Shown here: in pieces, positions 27,552-37,688 of the stretch
Numbering within the stretch: position 1 is the first letter of the stretch
Layout of the letters: each line of letters starts with the position of its first letter
IMG/VR virus record: IMGVR_UViG_3300005764_000022
Location: 1 to 53,852 of that record
DNA length: 53,852 nt
Reading direction: 5' to 3' (one strand)
Origin: a virus
Taxonomy: Duplodnaviria; Caudoviricetes
Notes under the pieces: generated by a model
What the model saw: only the letters and a program-made list of their open reading frames with translations
Told to the model about the DNA's origin: nothing
The model's database searches: none
Position numbers and translations under genes: made by a program

Positions 27552-30500
27552 GCACTCCCGCGGGAAGCTGGATTTACGAAATCGGCAGCGCGACGCCTGG
27601 CTCGGGCGGCGGCACGAACATCCCTCCGGTTCCCGCGCTGATCATTGACACGGCCAACGTGACCGTTACGCTCCGCAATAACGACCTGGCCGAAGTGGAC
27701 ATTCCCTACACCGTGCCCGGAGCGACCGCGGCGAACTATGCGGGCGCGGCCGTGTACGTCGAAGACCCGGACGCGAGCTCCTCAACCGGCTCACCGATGG
27801 ACGGCACGGCAACGCTCGACGGCACAAACCAGGTGAGCGGCGTCTGGGCGTACCTGCGCGACAACGACGCGCAAGCATCTCCGACTCCGGTTTGGATTCC
27901 GGTTTCGACCGAAGCCCGCAACGTGCGGATCTATCTCGTCGCCTTCGGGCCGCACACGACGCCGGTCCTTCATCGGGCGACCGACGCGAACCCAAGCCCG
28001 TCGTGCGTGGCGCTGATTCCCGCGGGCGCGGATACGTACGTGAGCGGCATGGAAAGCGCATGGCTCATCACCAATCCCAGCGTCATGGTGAACCAGAAGT
28101 ACAGCCAGAATCCGCCCAAATATTCGCTCACGTTTCAGTACGCTCCACCGACTGCGGAAGAAGAAGCGCACCGGCCGCCAGGCATCGGGCATTTCGGGGG
28201 CGTCGAAATCTGGTACGACCTTTCGGACGGATCGCGCATAGACGCGGGGCCGCAACGCTATATCAACTCCGCAAGCGCCAAGTGGACCTCGCTCGACCGC
28301 TCCATCACTGAGCCGCTTGTCACGCGCGTCTGGTTTGTAAGCGCGGACGATTCGTTTAAGCAGAACTCGATTGTCGACGGGGTGACGCCGTACGTGGATG
28401 TCACTATCGACGCGGCTGGAGCGCAAGCGCCTGACGTGACCGGGCTCGTGATTGTGACGCCTCCGGGCATCACCATCGACCAAAACATTGACGGCTCCTA
28501 CGATGCCAAGGTGCCTTTCGCGTGGAACCTGCCCGCGACCACCGACAACTATGGCGGCATCTGGCTGTATCTCGTGAACGTGGCTGGGGGCGTGGCCGGG
28601 CATCAAACCCCCTTCCCGCAACCGCTTCCCGGCAACGCCGTTCAATTCAACAAGCGCGATAACGGGGGAACGGTTTACATCAGCAAGATTCCATCGGTCG
28701 CTGAAACGTGGACGGTCGCCGCTATCTCGGTGGACGTTGCCACGGGCCAGCTCGCCGACAATCCCGCAGCGGTCGCTCATTCGCCCACGGTGACGTTCAC
28801 TATCGGGCCGAAAGGCTCGGGCGTGGCGGGCGGCGAGTGGGCTCCGCTCGTGCCGAACCCAACGGCGGGCTCCGTGGTGGCCGTCGAAAAGACGCAAGCC
28901 GATGGAGTGCGCGTGGTTCAATACCAGATCAGCGGGCTCACCACCGTTCTGCCAACCGATCCGAACTTCAAGAGCTACGGCGGGCTCACGATTGGGATGG
29001 TCACGAACGATGACCTTACATCGGCGGTCTATTGGGATGTGCCGCTTTCATCGGGCGGCGCGGCCCCCACGTCTTTCACAACTCCGTGGATGACGCTCCC
29101 CGGCGCTCCGGGCGTGGCGATTCCGCTCAAGTTCTATCTGGTCAGCCGCGATCCGCAGGGGAACCGCAATTCGATTGCTCCGGGGACAACGCCGAATATT
29201 CCCTACAGCTACACTCCAACGCAGGGAGCGATTATCCCCGCGCGAAGCGGCTGGTTCGATCCAACGCAGTTCGCGTGGGTCGACACTGCGGGCGGGCTCC
29301 AAGCGCAAACCATTTCCGCGCAGGTGGTGCAGGTCGCGAATCATATCGTGGTCGGCGGCGGACCCAACACGTTCGGCGGCTCACAGAACGGGCAGGTCGC
29401 GGTCAACGACGCGAGCGGCAAGCTCATCGGATGGATCGGGACGCAGAACGCAGGGGATACAACGACGCCGGGGCTGTTCGGCGCGTGGTTCAAGCAGCTT
29501 TGGGTGGGCGGCACAAAGCCGCTCGATGCGCCGCTTTGGATCGACAACAACGGCGTCATCGAAGTGGGCGGCATTGCGGCGGCTCAAGGCACGTCTTACC
29601 CCTACATCTCGATCCGCGATGACACTGGCATGGAAAAGGGCCGCATCGGCGCGAAGATCAACTTCGCAGCGCCGGATTCGGGCAACGATGGCACAGGCGG
29701 CGGCAACGGGCCGATTTCTTCGGGCGCATGGTTCACTCAGTTCGCGGCGGGCGGAGTTGACATCTCGAAATGGAATCTGCGGATCATACCGGACGGGACT
29801 TCGCTTGGAAGCTCTATTCAGGTTCGCAACGTGGATTCGTTCACGATTGACTATCAAGGGCAGCAGGCGACGCAGCCGTACTCGAAAGCCTATCGGCTCT
29901 CGATGGGCTCAAGCCTGTGGACCGGGGTGAACGGCGCGCTGGGTACGCTTTTGATCGGGGATAAAGCTTCGAGCATATGGCAGTTCCCCGGAATTGGGAT
30001 TCAGCAATGGGTGAACCAGGTAGACCCAACGAATCCCGGCAACCTTACGAAGTATGGCGCTCTGTTCATCAATCGCGGCATGGTGCTGCGCGGGCCGCAA
30101 ATAAACAATCCCGGCATTGTTTCGCTCGTGATGTACAACGGCGACCAGCAGGGCTCGGATACCCCGACATCGTTCTGGGGCGAGCTGGCGATGTATTCGC
30201 CCACGGTTCCAGCGACCCGCACCGTTTACCTTGCATCGGGGCAACAACCGGATTCGGGCGCTCAATTCTCGCTCACCGACAAAAACGGCGTGACCAACTT
30301 CAACGTCTCTTCCATCGGCGATGTGACGCAGCGGGGCGGGCTCACGCTTACAGGCTTTGGGCAAGTGATCGACTCGACGGGACATTGGACGGGCCAGCCG
30401 ATCACCGCTTCCGCTGGAGTGTCCAGCTTCAACGGACTTACGGGCGCCGTCATCCTTGCGGCGGGAACGAACATCACGCTCTCCCCGTCTGGCAACACCA

Positions 30501-31603
30501 TCACCATCGCATCGACCGCAAGCGGCTCGGGCGGCCAGCCGCAAACTCCGTGGGCTCAGGACATCTCGGGCGCGGGCCACAATTTGAGCGGCGTCGGATC
30601 GATTTCCGCGAATACCATTACCGCGAGCGGCGCGATGTCGGCGGGTAGCTATGGGGGCGGCGCTTTCGGGGGCGCGGGCGTACAGGTCGGCGCTAATGGA
30701 ATCGGCGGCGGCAGTCTCAACGTCGGCAGCGGGCCGATTCAGGGTGGAAGTCTCAATGTGGGGGCGGGCGATATTCGCGGCGGCACTCTCACGTTTAGCT
30801 CTACCGTCATCATCGATTCGGCGGGCGTATTTCAAGGCTCCCAAGTGGCATCGCCCGGCGATGTGAAGGGCTACACCCTGTCCGTGACATCTTTCGCTCC
30901 GGTGGTCAACAAGGACGGCGCTTTCGTGGGCGCCGGCGTGAACGTCGGATCTTATGGGATCGGTGGCGGAAGCCTTTCGGCTGGTTCTGGGCCGATCACA
31001 GGCGGGAGCCTGAATGTGGGCTCGGGAGCCATTTACGGCGGCTCTCTCTGGTTCAGTAACTCGAACATCATCAGTTCGGGCGGCGTCTTTCAGGGTGCTC
31101 AGGTTGCCGTTCCCGGCGATGTGAAGGGCAGCACGCTTTCCGTTAGTGGTTTCGCGAGCGGCCCGGTGGTGGTCAACAATGCGGGCGCATTTGTGGGCGC
31201 GGGCATAAACGTCGGGAGCTATGGGATCGGTGGCGGAAGCCTGGATGTCAAGAACGGCCCCATCAATGGGGGGAGCCTGAACGTTGGCTCTGGCGACATC
31301 CGGGGCGGCTCTCTCACGTTCAGTTCGTCCATCATCATCACGTCCGGGGGCGTGTTTCAGGGCTCGCAAGTCGCGGCCACCGGAGATGTAAAAGGCACGA
31401 CGCTTTCCGTGAGCGGTTTCTCGGGCGCGGTGGTCAACAACGCGGGCGCGTTCATCGGTTCGGGCGTCGACTGCAACGGTGGAGTAGCGGCGACAAATTT
31501 CAACATTCACGGCGGCTCGCCCGGAGTCGCAAGCGCACAGTTCACGACCGCCGATGGCAAGACAGTTTTAATTCGCGGTGGGATTATCACCTACTGCCAA
31601 TAA
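27548..31603 (+). CDS. Large tail fibre/host-specificity protein with Gly-rich C-terminal repeats
   Basis: ATGA-coupled; beta-rich N-terminus; ends TADGKTVLIRGGII. Confidence 0.8.
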   Translation: MSTPAGSWIYEIGSATPGSGGGTNIPPVPALIIDTANVTVTLRNNDLAEVDIPYTVPGATAANYAGAAVYVEDPDASSSTGSPMDGTATLDGTNQVSGVWAYLRDNDAQASPTPVWIPVSTEARNVRIYLVAFGPHTTPVLHRATDANPSPSCVALIPAGADTYVSGMESAWLITNPSVMVNQKYSQNPPKYSLTFQYAPPTAEEEAHRPPGIGHFGGVEIWYDLSDGSRIDAGPQRYINSASAKWTSLDRSITEPLVTRVWFVSADDSFKQNSIVDGVTPYVDVTIDAAGAQAPDVTGLVIVTPPGITIDQNIDGSYDAKVPFAWNLPATTDNYGGIWLYLVNVAGGVAGHQTPFPQPLPGNAVQFNKRDNGGTVYISKIPSVAETWTVAAISVDVATGQLADNPAAVAHSPTVTFTIGPKGSGVAGGEWAPLVPNPTAGSVVAVEKTQADGVRVVQYQISGLTTVLPTDPNFKSYGGLTIGMVTNDDLTSAVYWDVPLSSGGAAPTSFTTPWMTLPGAPGVAIPLKFYLVSRDPQGNRNSIAPGTTPNIPYSYTPTQGAIIPARSGWFDPTQFAWVDTAGGLQAQTISAQVVQVANHIVVGGGPNTFGGSQNGQVAVNDASGKLIGWIGTQNAGDTTTPGLFGAWFKQLWVGGTKPLDAPLWIDNNGVIEVGGIAAAQGTSYPYISIRDDTGMEKGRIGAKINFAAPDSGNDGTGGGNGPISSGAWFTQFAAGGVDISKWNLRIIPDGTSLGSSIQVRNVDSFTIDYQGQQATQPYSKAYRLSMGSSLWTGVNGALGTLLIGDKASSIWQFPGIGIQQWVNQVDPTNPGNLTKYGALFINRGMVLRGPQINNPGIVSLVMYNGDQQGSDTPTSFWGELAMYSPTVPATRTVYLASGQQPDSGAQFSLTDKNGVTNFNVSSIGDVTQRGGLTLTGFGQVIDSTGHWTGQPITASAGVSSFNGLTGAVILAAGTNITLSPSGNTITIASTASGSGGQPQTPWAQDISGAGHNLSGVGSISANTITASGAMSAGSYGGGAFGGAGVQVGANGIGGGSLNVGSGPIQGGSLNVGAGDIRGGTLTFSSTVIIDSAGVFQGSQVASPGDVKGYTLSVTSFAPVVNKDGAFVGAGVNVGSYGIGGGSLSAGSGPITGGSLNVGSGAIYGGSLWFSNSNIISSGGVFQGAQVAVPGDVKGSTLSVSGFASGPVVVNNAGAFVGAGINVGSYGIGGGSLDVKNGPINGGSLNVGSGDIRGGSLTFSSSIIITSGGVFQGSQVAATGDVKGTTLSVSGFSGAVVNNAGAFIGSGVDCNGGVAATNFNIHGGSPGVASAQFTTADGKTVLIRGGIITYCQ
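30655..31470 (+). repeat. About three coding repeats of 85-90 aa in tail fibre 1
   Basis: GAFxGAGVxVGxxGIGGGSLxxGSGPIxGGSLNVGxGxIxGGxLxFS...GVFQGxQVAxxGDVKGxTLSV recurs three times. Confidence 0.85.
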
Positions 31604-31614
31604 AGGAGCGAACG

Positions 31615-31932
31615 ATGGAAAAATCTTTTCCACTTCAACAGCACGAACAGCAGATGCTTCAGAGCATCGCTCAGGAGCGCACCAACGCACTCGCGGCATT
31701 CGGCGCTCTCACTCTCGACATGGAAGCAGCGCGAAAAGCGCTCGAATCCGTTCAAGAAAAGCAAAACAGCTTTTTGCGCTCCGCAGTTCTGGGGCGCGGG
31801 ATCGAGCGATGTGAAAACGTGCGGGCTTCAAACGGCGCGATCCATTGCACCGTTCCCGATGAGCAGCCCGCGCCGGAAGGGGGAGTGCTTCAGGAACCCG
31901 AAGCCAAAGTAAACGGGGCAATCGCACAGTAA
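31615..31932 (+). CDS. Small coiled-coil protein between fibre genes
   Basis: AAGGAG RBS; heptad-rich. Confidence 0.75.
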   Translation: MEKSFPLQQHEQQMLQSIAQERTNALAAFGALTLDMEAARKALESVQEKQNSFLRSAVLGRGIERCENVRASNGAIHCTVPDEQPAPEGGVLQEPEAKVNGAIAQ

Positions 31933-31938
31933 ACCAAG

Positions 31939-34419
31939 ATGGCATGGCTCTCGCGTAACGACTTTCAGCCATCCGAGATGCTGCACTCGGATGATTTGAA
32001 CAACCTTGCGAACGATATTCGCTATTGGGGCGGCGATGTCAACGGCGGGGGCCATCGCCTTTACAACGTGCTTCTCGACACCACCGGCAGCGGCATCGTG
32101 TCGAGCGTGTTCGGACGTTCCGGCGACGTCAGCGCCCAGGCGGGAGATTACACCGCTGCTCAGGTCACGAACGCGGTTGACAAAACGCAGAGCTATCCCA
32201 ATCCAGCTTGGATTGCATCTATCCCGTGGGCGAAAATCACAGGCGCTCCCGCTCCACCTGTCTCGACCGTATTCGGACGCTCGGGCGCGGTTGTCGCAAT
32301 GGGCGGCGACTACACGGCCGCGCAAGTCACAAACGCTGTGGATGTCACGCAGACCTATGCAAACCCGCCGTGGCTCACTTCGCTCGCTTATGGCAAGCTC
32401 ACCGGAGCGCCCACCATCGTCAACTCGCTCAACTCTCTCGTGGGTGCTGTGGTTCTCGCGGCGGGCGCGAATATCACGCTCACGCCATCGGGCAACAGCA
32501 TCACCATTGCCGCATCGGGCGGAACGAGTGGGATGACGGACCCGACCACCACCAAGGGCGATCTGATCGTTCACGGAGCGGGCGGCACGACGCGCATCGG
32601 CGTGGGCTCGGATGGACAGGTGCTCACGGCGGACGCGGCTCAGTCGCTTGGCGTCAAATGGGCGACGCCCGCAACGGGCGGCGGATCGCAGACGCCTTGG
32701 ACATCGGACATAGACGCGGCGGGCTTCGCGCTTCTAGACACAGGCCACATCGTTTTGAAAAAGCCGAACGATGACCTGTACATCCAGTGGAACAACGGCT
32801 CTGTTTATCGCTCCTGGTACATCCCGAATGGATCGAGCGACTTTAGGCTGTTTGTTTCGGACATCGCCGCAGACGTTATTACAGTGAACGCAAGCGGCAG
32901 CGTCGGAATCCGAACAAGCAGTCTCCTCGGCGCTGCCACCACTGTTGGATGCGGTCCCGATCAGCTTCTAAATTTGCGCGGCGACTCAGCGGCTTTTGGC
33001 GGCAGCACAGGACAGTTCGGCTCAATCCTTCAAAGCGCATCCGGGGATCAGGGATCACACCGTGCGCTCACGTTCTTCGGAAGCATTGTTGGAGTCGTAA
33101 ACTGCGATTTTTTCGCGATGAACAAAGTCTCCATCGGCATAGCCGGGGGCGCCATCGCGCCGCTCAATATTTGCACTCCGAATGTGGCGGGCGCGGATCA
33201 GATCAACCAGATTCAGCTTTGCGAACAAACGAACAACCCCGCCTATGGCATGAAGATGGGCGTCTACAACGACGGCACCTACTATTACGGCGAGATTCAA
33301 GCCCTGCACAACGGGCCGGGAACGGGTTGCTTGATGCTTCAGCCCAACGGGGGCTACACCAAAATCGGCGGCGCTCCCCGCCCGATTTGTCCCCTGCACG
33401 TCGGTACGGCGGGCGTTTACGCGGACAGCGGCCCGACGCTTGGCAGCGCAACGAGTGTCGGGCAGGCTTTCACATCCGATAACGCTTGGGGCCTGTACAT
33501 GGCAAAAATGAGCAACGGCAACACATGGATTCAAGCCATGCGCCACGATGGGGGTACATCCACCTACAATATTGCGCTTCAACCAGCGGGCGGCAACGTC
33601 GGCATTAACGTGCTCAACCCTTCTGCACAGCTTTCGCTCGGGGCCGCGCTCGCCAACGTCAAACTCGCGCTTTACGAGTCGGCGGGCAACTTATATGGTT
33701 TGGGAATTCAATCGGGGAGAATGACGTTCGTAATCGAGAACGGCGTCAAAATGGCTCTCACGAATCAGGGCGCCCTTGGACTTGGGACGAATGCCCCGCA
33801 ATATGCCAACGCGCTCTCGATCATCCCCCCGGCGAACATCACCAGCGCCGCCAACGCGAAGCAAATCTGGATGGGCGAAGGATCGAACAACTCGGGCTTT
33901 GGGATGGCGCTCGGCTTCTGGATCGATGCACAGGGTTACTGGAGAAGCTCCATTCAGAATTGGGCGGGCGGCGGCGGACAACACATTTTGGATCTTCAAC
34001 CGATTGGCGGAATCGTCCTAGTCGGCTTCGGATCATCGACGCCAACGGGGTTTAATCTCAACGTCAACGGCAGCATCAACTGCGCGGGCTACTACCTGAA
34101 TGGAGCGCCGCTTTCGGGCGGCGGGGTGTCGGCGCAGAACGATGTCACCGCTTCTCGCGCCTTAGCCACGCCGTACCACAACACGACCGGGAAGCCGATG
34201 TTCGTCGCGGTCACATACAACTTCCCGCAGGGCGGCTCCATCACAGCCTATACGGACGGAGCCGCCACGCCTGGAACGGTGGTGTCCACGCAGGGAAATT
34301 CTTCAGTTCAAGGTGGCACCTACTCGGTCTATTTCTGGGTGCTGCCAAATAACTACTATCAGGTGCAGTTGAGCGGCGGGCAGTTGGGCAACCTTGCGAA
34401 GTGGACGGAATGGTATTAA
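31939..34419 (+). CDS. Side tail fibre/receptor-binding protein
   Basis: VSSVFGRSG..GDYTAAQVTNAVD repeats, TTKGDL...GSDGQVLTAD, GGNVGI repeats, C-terminal ASRAL..YHNTTGKPMFV...WTEWY domain. Confidence 0.88.
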   Translation: MAWLSRNDFQPSEMLHSDDLNNLANDIRYWGGDVNGGGHRLYNVLLDTTGSGIVSSVFGRSGDVSAQAGDYTAAQVTNAVDKTQSYPNPAWIASIPWAKITGAPAPPVSTVFGRSGAVVAMGGDYTAAQVTNAVDVTQTYANPPWLTSLAYGKLTGAPTIVNSLNSLVGAVVLAAGANITLTPSGNSITIAASGGTSGMTDPTTTKGDLIVHGAGGTTRIGVGSDGQVLTADAAQSLGVKWATPATGGGSQTPWTSDIDAAGFALLDTGHIVLKKPNDDLYIQWNNGSVYRSWYIPNGSSDFRLFVSDIAADVITVNASGSVGIRTSSLLGAATTVGCGPDQLLNLRGDSAAFGGSTGQFGSILQSASGDQGSHRALTFFGSIVGVVNCDFFAMNKVSIGIAGGAIAPLNICTPNVAGADQINQIQLCEQTNNPAYGMKMGVYNDGTYYYGEIQALHNGPGTGCLMLQPNGGYTKIGGAPRPICPLHVGTAGVYADSGPTLGSATSVGQAFTSDNAWGLYMAKMSNGNTWIQAMRHDGGTSTYNIALQPAGGNVGINVLNPSAQLSLGAALANVKLALYESAGNLYGLGIQSGRMTFVIENGVKMALTNQGALGLGTNAPQYANALSIIPPANITSAANAKQIWMGEGSNNSGFGMALGFWIDAQGYWRSSIQNWAGGGGQHILDLQPIGGIVLVGFGSSTPTGFNLNVNGSINCAGYYLNGAPLSGGGVSAQNDVTASRALATPYHNTTGKPMFVAVTYNFPQGGSITAYTDGAATPGTVVSTQGNSSVQGGTYSVYFWVLPNNYYQVQLSGGQLGNLAKWTEWY

Positions 34420-34446
34420 CGAGTTTTCAAAAGGGAGAAAAACACA

Positions 34447-34734
34447 ATGACCTACAAAGAACAGAACGCTTTGATGACCGATATGGACTTTCAGGGCCGC
34501 ATCAAAGTTGCCGTCCTAAAGTATTCGACTTCGATTCTGGATGAGCCATCCACTACGGTCGCCCACAACACCCGCCTGAAATGGGCGAACAACGCCGCCC
34601 AGAACCCGCAGCAGATGGCGCAGACGCTTCAGCCCAACGTGGTTATGGATGCGAATGTCCAGACGGCCGGTGCAAACATCACCGATGAACTGCTTCAATC
34701 GTCGGTCGAAGCCACCGTGAACAAACTGATGTAA
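34447..34734 (+). CDS. Small protein after tail fibre (possible fibre chaperone)
   Basis: AAGGGAG RBS; position. Confidence 0.7.
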   Translation: MTYKEQNALMTDMDFQGRIKVAVLKYSTSILDEPSTTVAHNTRLKWANNAAQNPQQMAQTLQPNVVMDANVQTAGANITDELLQSSVEATVNKLM

Positions 34735-34778
34735 GCACGACTCCGGCAGACAGTTGACGCTCTCTGAGAACTGAAGAT

Positions 34779-34961
34779 TTAATTTATTTTTTTGCAACAT
34801 TCTCCGGCGGCGCTGCATCGCTCGTAGGTATTTGCCCACTGCGTCTCGGGCAGGTACGCCAGGGGGTGGCTCACTTGCGGCTCGGCGGCGATGAGTGCCA
34901 GCACGCGAGCCCACTCCTGTGCCTTGGATGCGGCTTCAGGTCGAAGCGTTTTCGGGGGCAT
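34779..34961 (-). CDS. Possible 60-aa hypothetical protein
   Basis: Most plausible ORF in the late/early junction; weak RBS. Confidence 0.3.
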   Translation of the reverse strand: MPPKTLRPEAASKAQEWARVLALIAAEPQVSHPLAYLPETQWANTYERCSAAGECCKKIN

Positions 34962-35020
34962 AGCTCATTCCATTGTCAGGGGGTCTCGTATACATGTGCG
35001 TGTCCCGTATGCGCGGCGGT

Positions 35021-35140
35021 TTGCGGCATATTGCCGCACATTGCCGTCACAGCGCCGCTGATAGACTCCAAAGCGCCGCAAATTGCCGCAAGTGCCTGAA
35101 AAAAAAGAACTTGACAGCCAATGACGTTTGGGGTTAAATC
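35021..35140 (+). promoter_or_regulatory. Early promoter (A tract + TTGACA at 35111) with upstream phased TGCCGCA repeats
   Basis: TGCGGCA-TAT-TGCCGCA palindrome at 35022-35038, further copies at about 10-bp spacing; -10 element ambiguous. Confidence 0.6.
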
Positions 35141-35235
35141 TATTCACGACCGGGTTCGATACTCCGAAAAATCGAGCGCCGGGGTAGCTCGAAGGCTCAA
35201 TTATCCGAATCGGTTCCTACAGGAGAAGTGTGCCC

Positions 35236-35445
35236 ATGAACGCTCGTGCTCAGGTAAAGAAGGTGAAAAAGACGTTATATATTCCACCGGAGGCGCTTCG
35301 CTTAGTCGAAGCGGAAATAACCCGCCAGGAGGAGATCGACGGCTTCCGGATAAAGCCGGCCGAATACATTACCCGGCTGATCATCCGCACCTTGCGGCCC
35401 CCCAAGCCCACTTCGAAATCCAAGCACCGCAGCGCCGCGGCCTAA
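35236..35445 (+). CDS. Ribbon-helix-helix-like regulator (putative)
   Basis: KKTLYIPPEALRLVEAE...PAEYITRLI gives beta-helix-helix; AGGAG RBS; first gene of the early operon. Confidence 0.6.
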   Translation: MNARAQVKKVKKTLYIPPEALRLVEAEITRQEEIDGFRIKPAEYITRLIIRTLRPPKPTSKSKHRSAAA

Positions 35446-35458
35446 AAGGACCCAGACC

Positions 35459-36427
35459 ATGCGCGATAGTGAAAAAACCTCCCTAGCGCTCGGCGGATCG
35501 GATATTGGTCCCATCCTCGGCCTGGGCGACGCCTTTAAAGACGCTCATTCCGTCTGGGTGGAAAAAAAGTTCGGCCGCGATTATGAGCCCGAGCCCTCGA
35601 TCCGCATGGTCATCGGGAAGGCGCTCGAGCAGGGAATCGCAAAAATCTATACGCATCAGACCGGCTGCCAGGTCGAATGGATCGACCAGACAATCCATCA
35701 CCCGGAGCGCGCGTTCCAGGTCTACACGCCGGATGCTCTGCATGTCGCGGAGCGCGGCGGGCTCGACTGCAAGAACGTCTCCCTCGACCAGGCTTACAAG
35801 TGGGGCGAGTCGGTTTCCGAGATTCCGGCCTCAGTCTACCTGCAAGCCATGTGGTACATGAGCGCGACGGACCGGGATTTCTGGGACGTGGCCGTGCTGA
35901 TTGCCGGCAACGAGCTCCGCGTCTACCGCGTCGACCGCAACGTCCAGGCCGAAAAACAGATGCTCTCCTACGCGCGCGACTGGTGGGAGCGGTATCTGGT
36001 GGGCGACGACGAGCCGCCACTCACCGGCTCCAAAGCCACGCACGCCTATCTTGCCCGCAAGTTCCCCCACCACAAGCGCCCGGACATGGCGAAGCCGACT
36101 CCGGTTCAGCTCGATTACATCCTGGCGTACATCACCGTCCGCGCGGACCAGACCAAGCTCATGACCATGCGCTCGGAGATGGAAGCCGAAATCAAGCGCA
36201 TGATCGGGGAGCGCGAGGGCCTCGAATTTCCGCAAGGAAAGATCACCTGGCGCCGCACCAAGGACGGCTCGAAAACCGACTGGCAGTCGATCGCTCTGGG
36301 GCTGCTCAACGAAAAGCCGACGGACACCCGCGAGACTTTGATGGGGCTCCACACGAAACCCAAGCCCGGCGGGCGCCGCTTTCTGCTGGATTCGCCGCTC
36401 GTGAAAGAGCCCGAGGAAGCTCTGTGA
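35459..36427 (+). CDS. YqaJ-like (lambda exonuclease family) nuclease
   Basis: LGGSDIGPILG, GKALEQGI, YTPDA...LDCKN, YLQAMWYM, DVAVLIAGNE. Confidence 0.92.
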   Translation: MRDSEKTSLALGGSDIGPILGLGDAFKDAHSVWVEKKFGRDYEPEPSIRMVIGKALEQGIAKIYTHQTGCQVEWIDQTIHHPERAFQVYTPDALHVAERGGLDCKNVSLDQAYKWGESVSEIPASVYLQAMWYMSATDRDFWDVAVLIAGNELRVYRVDRNVQAEKQMLSYARDWWERYLVGDDEPPLTGSKATHAYLARKFPHHKRPDMAKPTPVQLDYILAYITVRADQTKLMTMRSEMEAEIKRMIGEREGLEFPQGKITWRRTKDGSKTDWQSIALGLLNEKPTDTRETLMGLHTKPKPGGRRFLLDSPLVKEPEEAL

Positions 36428-37176
36428 CGACGGTCATGCAGCTTCGTTTCGAGTATGCAGCCCTCGATGCAGACACCCGCGCGTTCGTGCTCGAACGAAC
36501 AGAGCGCATCCACAACCTTGCGCGGATGACTGCGGCGAGCATTGTGAAGATCGGGGAATACCTCACGGAAGTAAAAGAGCGGCTCGGACACGGGAAGTTC
36601 CTGGAGTGGATCGAGCGCGAGTTCGCGTGGACTTACAAGAGCGCAGAACGGTTTATGCACGTCTCGGAGCGGTTCACATTAGACAATTTGTCTAATATCG
36701 AAATCGACGTATCCGCGCTCTACCTCATCGCAGCGCCATCGACGCCGGAGCCCGTCCGCGAAGAGGCGATCCGCCGCGCCTCAAATGGTGAACCGGTTTC
36801 CCACGCCAGCGCTCGCGCTCTGGTTCACCGCTTCGCGGCAACAGGTGAAATCCCTGATGTGAAAGTATCTCTGCCCGAATTGGTCGCCCAGGAGCGCGCG
36901 GCCATGATCCCGCGGCCCGAACGTGAAGAGCCTCGAATACTAGCGCCGGACCCCGCTGAGAAGCTGCGCCAAAAGCGCGCGCAAGAAAACAGCGCCAAGA
37001 TGCACGCCATCATGCTCGTGATCCAGGCCATCGAAGAGATCCATCGGACAGCGGTTGATATGTCGGCGGTTGCGGCCACAATTGATCGGCTCGACACACC
37101 CGACCAGGACTGGCGCGGTCAGACGCGCGGGGCGGCCGACCGACTTCGCGCTTTATGTAAGGAGCTTCAGTTATGA
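36424..37176 (+). CDS. DUF3102-domain protein
   Basis: IVKIGEYLTEVKERLGHGKFLEWIEREFAWTYKSAERFM; start reassigned to GTG 36424. Confidence 0.82.
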   Translation: MTTVMQLRFEYAALDADTRAFVLERTERIHNLARMTAASIVKIGEYLTEVKERLGHGKFLEWIEREFAWTYKSAERFMHVSERFTLDNLSNIEIDVSALYLIAAPSTPEPVREEAIRRASNGEPVSHASARALVHRFAATGEIPDVKVSLPELVAQERAAMIPRPEREEPRILAPDPAEKLRQKRAQENSAKMHAIMLVIQAIEEIHRTAVDMSAVAATIDRLDTPDQDWRGQTRGAADRLRALCKELQL

Positions 37177-37688
37177 CTCTGGTTGCTTTGATGTCGCTTC
37201 AGGACGCGATTCGGGAGGCGCTGGTCGCTACAAGCGGGGGACTTACCGGAGACATTATTCGATGGCTTCAGATGAATCGGCGCGAGATTCTGGACGCAAA
37301 CCAGTTGACCATCGAAGCGGAGGGCTTAGGCCAGATCATTCGGAAAGAGCGCAAAGAGCACGGCGCGCCGAAGGGGATGGACGTAGAAGCACTGTGTCTC
37401 GATTTTGGTCTGGATCCGCTCGATCTGGATGGCGAGGTGTCGGTGCCTCAAGATATGGAACGCATCTTGAGCGGACCGTGCGAGTGGCCCAAGCTCGATG
37501 ACGTCACTATCGACGACATCGATAAGCATGTCCTGCTTTTAGAGGCGACGTCCAAATCCATTGCTCAAAAAACGACCAGCATGAGAGTGCTTCGACAGGC
37601 CGCCGCGCTGGTGGTTCCTGGCCGCACCGACATTCCCCTCCGGGAATTGCGAGTAATCGCGCGTCAAAAGCGCGCGGAGGATTTCTAA
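37173..37688 (+). CDS. Hypothetical protein
   Basis: AAGGAG RBS, ATGA coupling. Confidence 0.7.
   Translation: MTLVALMSLQDAIREALVATSGGLTGDIIRWLQMNRREILDANQLTIEAEGLGQIIRKERKEHGAPKGMDVEALCLDFGLDPLDLDGEVSVPQDMERILSGPCEWPKLDDVTIDDIDKHVLLLEATSKSIAQKTTSMRVLRQAAALVVPGRTDIPLRELRVIARQKRAEDF

Noticed and set aside
20011-31510. Antisense ORFs of 370-530 aa opposite tape measure and tail genes
   Set aside because: Arg-rich shadow translations from codon bias
27548-34419. Diversity-generating retroelement or invertible fibre cassette
   Set aside because: No reverse transcriptase, no adenine-specific template/variable pair seen, no inverted spare fibre tips; the repeats are ordinary coding repeats
35149-35200. 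tRNA or tRNA-derived attP (GGTTCGAT and GGGGTAGCTC fragments)
   Set aside because: Fragments are in the wrong order, with no cloverleaf, acceptor stem or CCA
35677-36423. N-terminal half of the 499-aa ORF overlapping YqaJ as a second dual-coding case
   Set aside because: Arg/Pro-rich nonsense with no motifs; the real gene starts at the GTGA overlap at 36424
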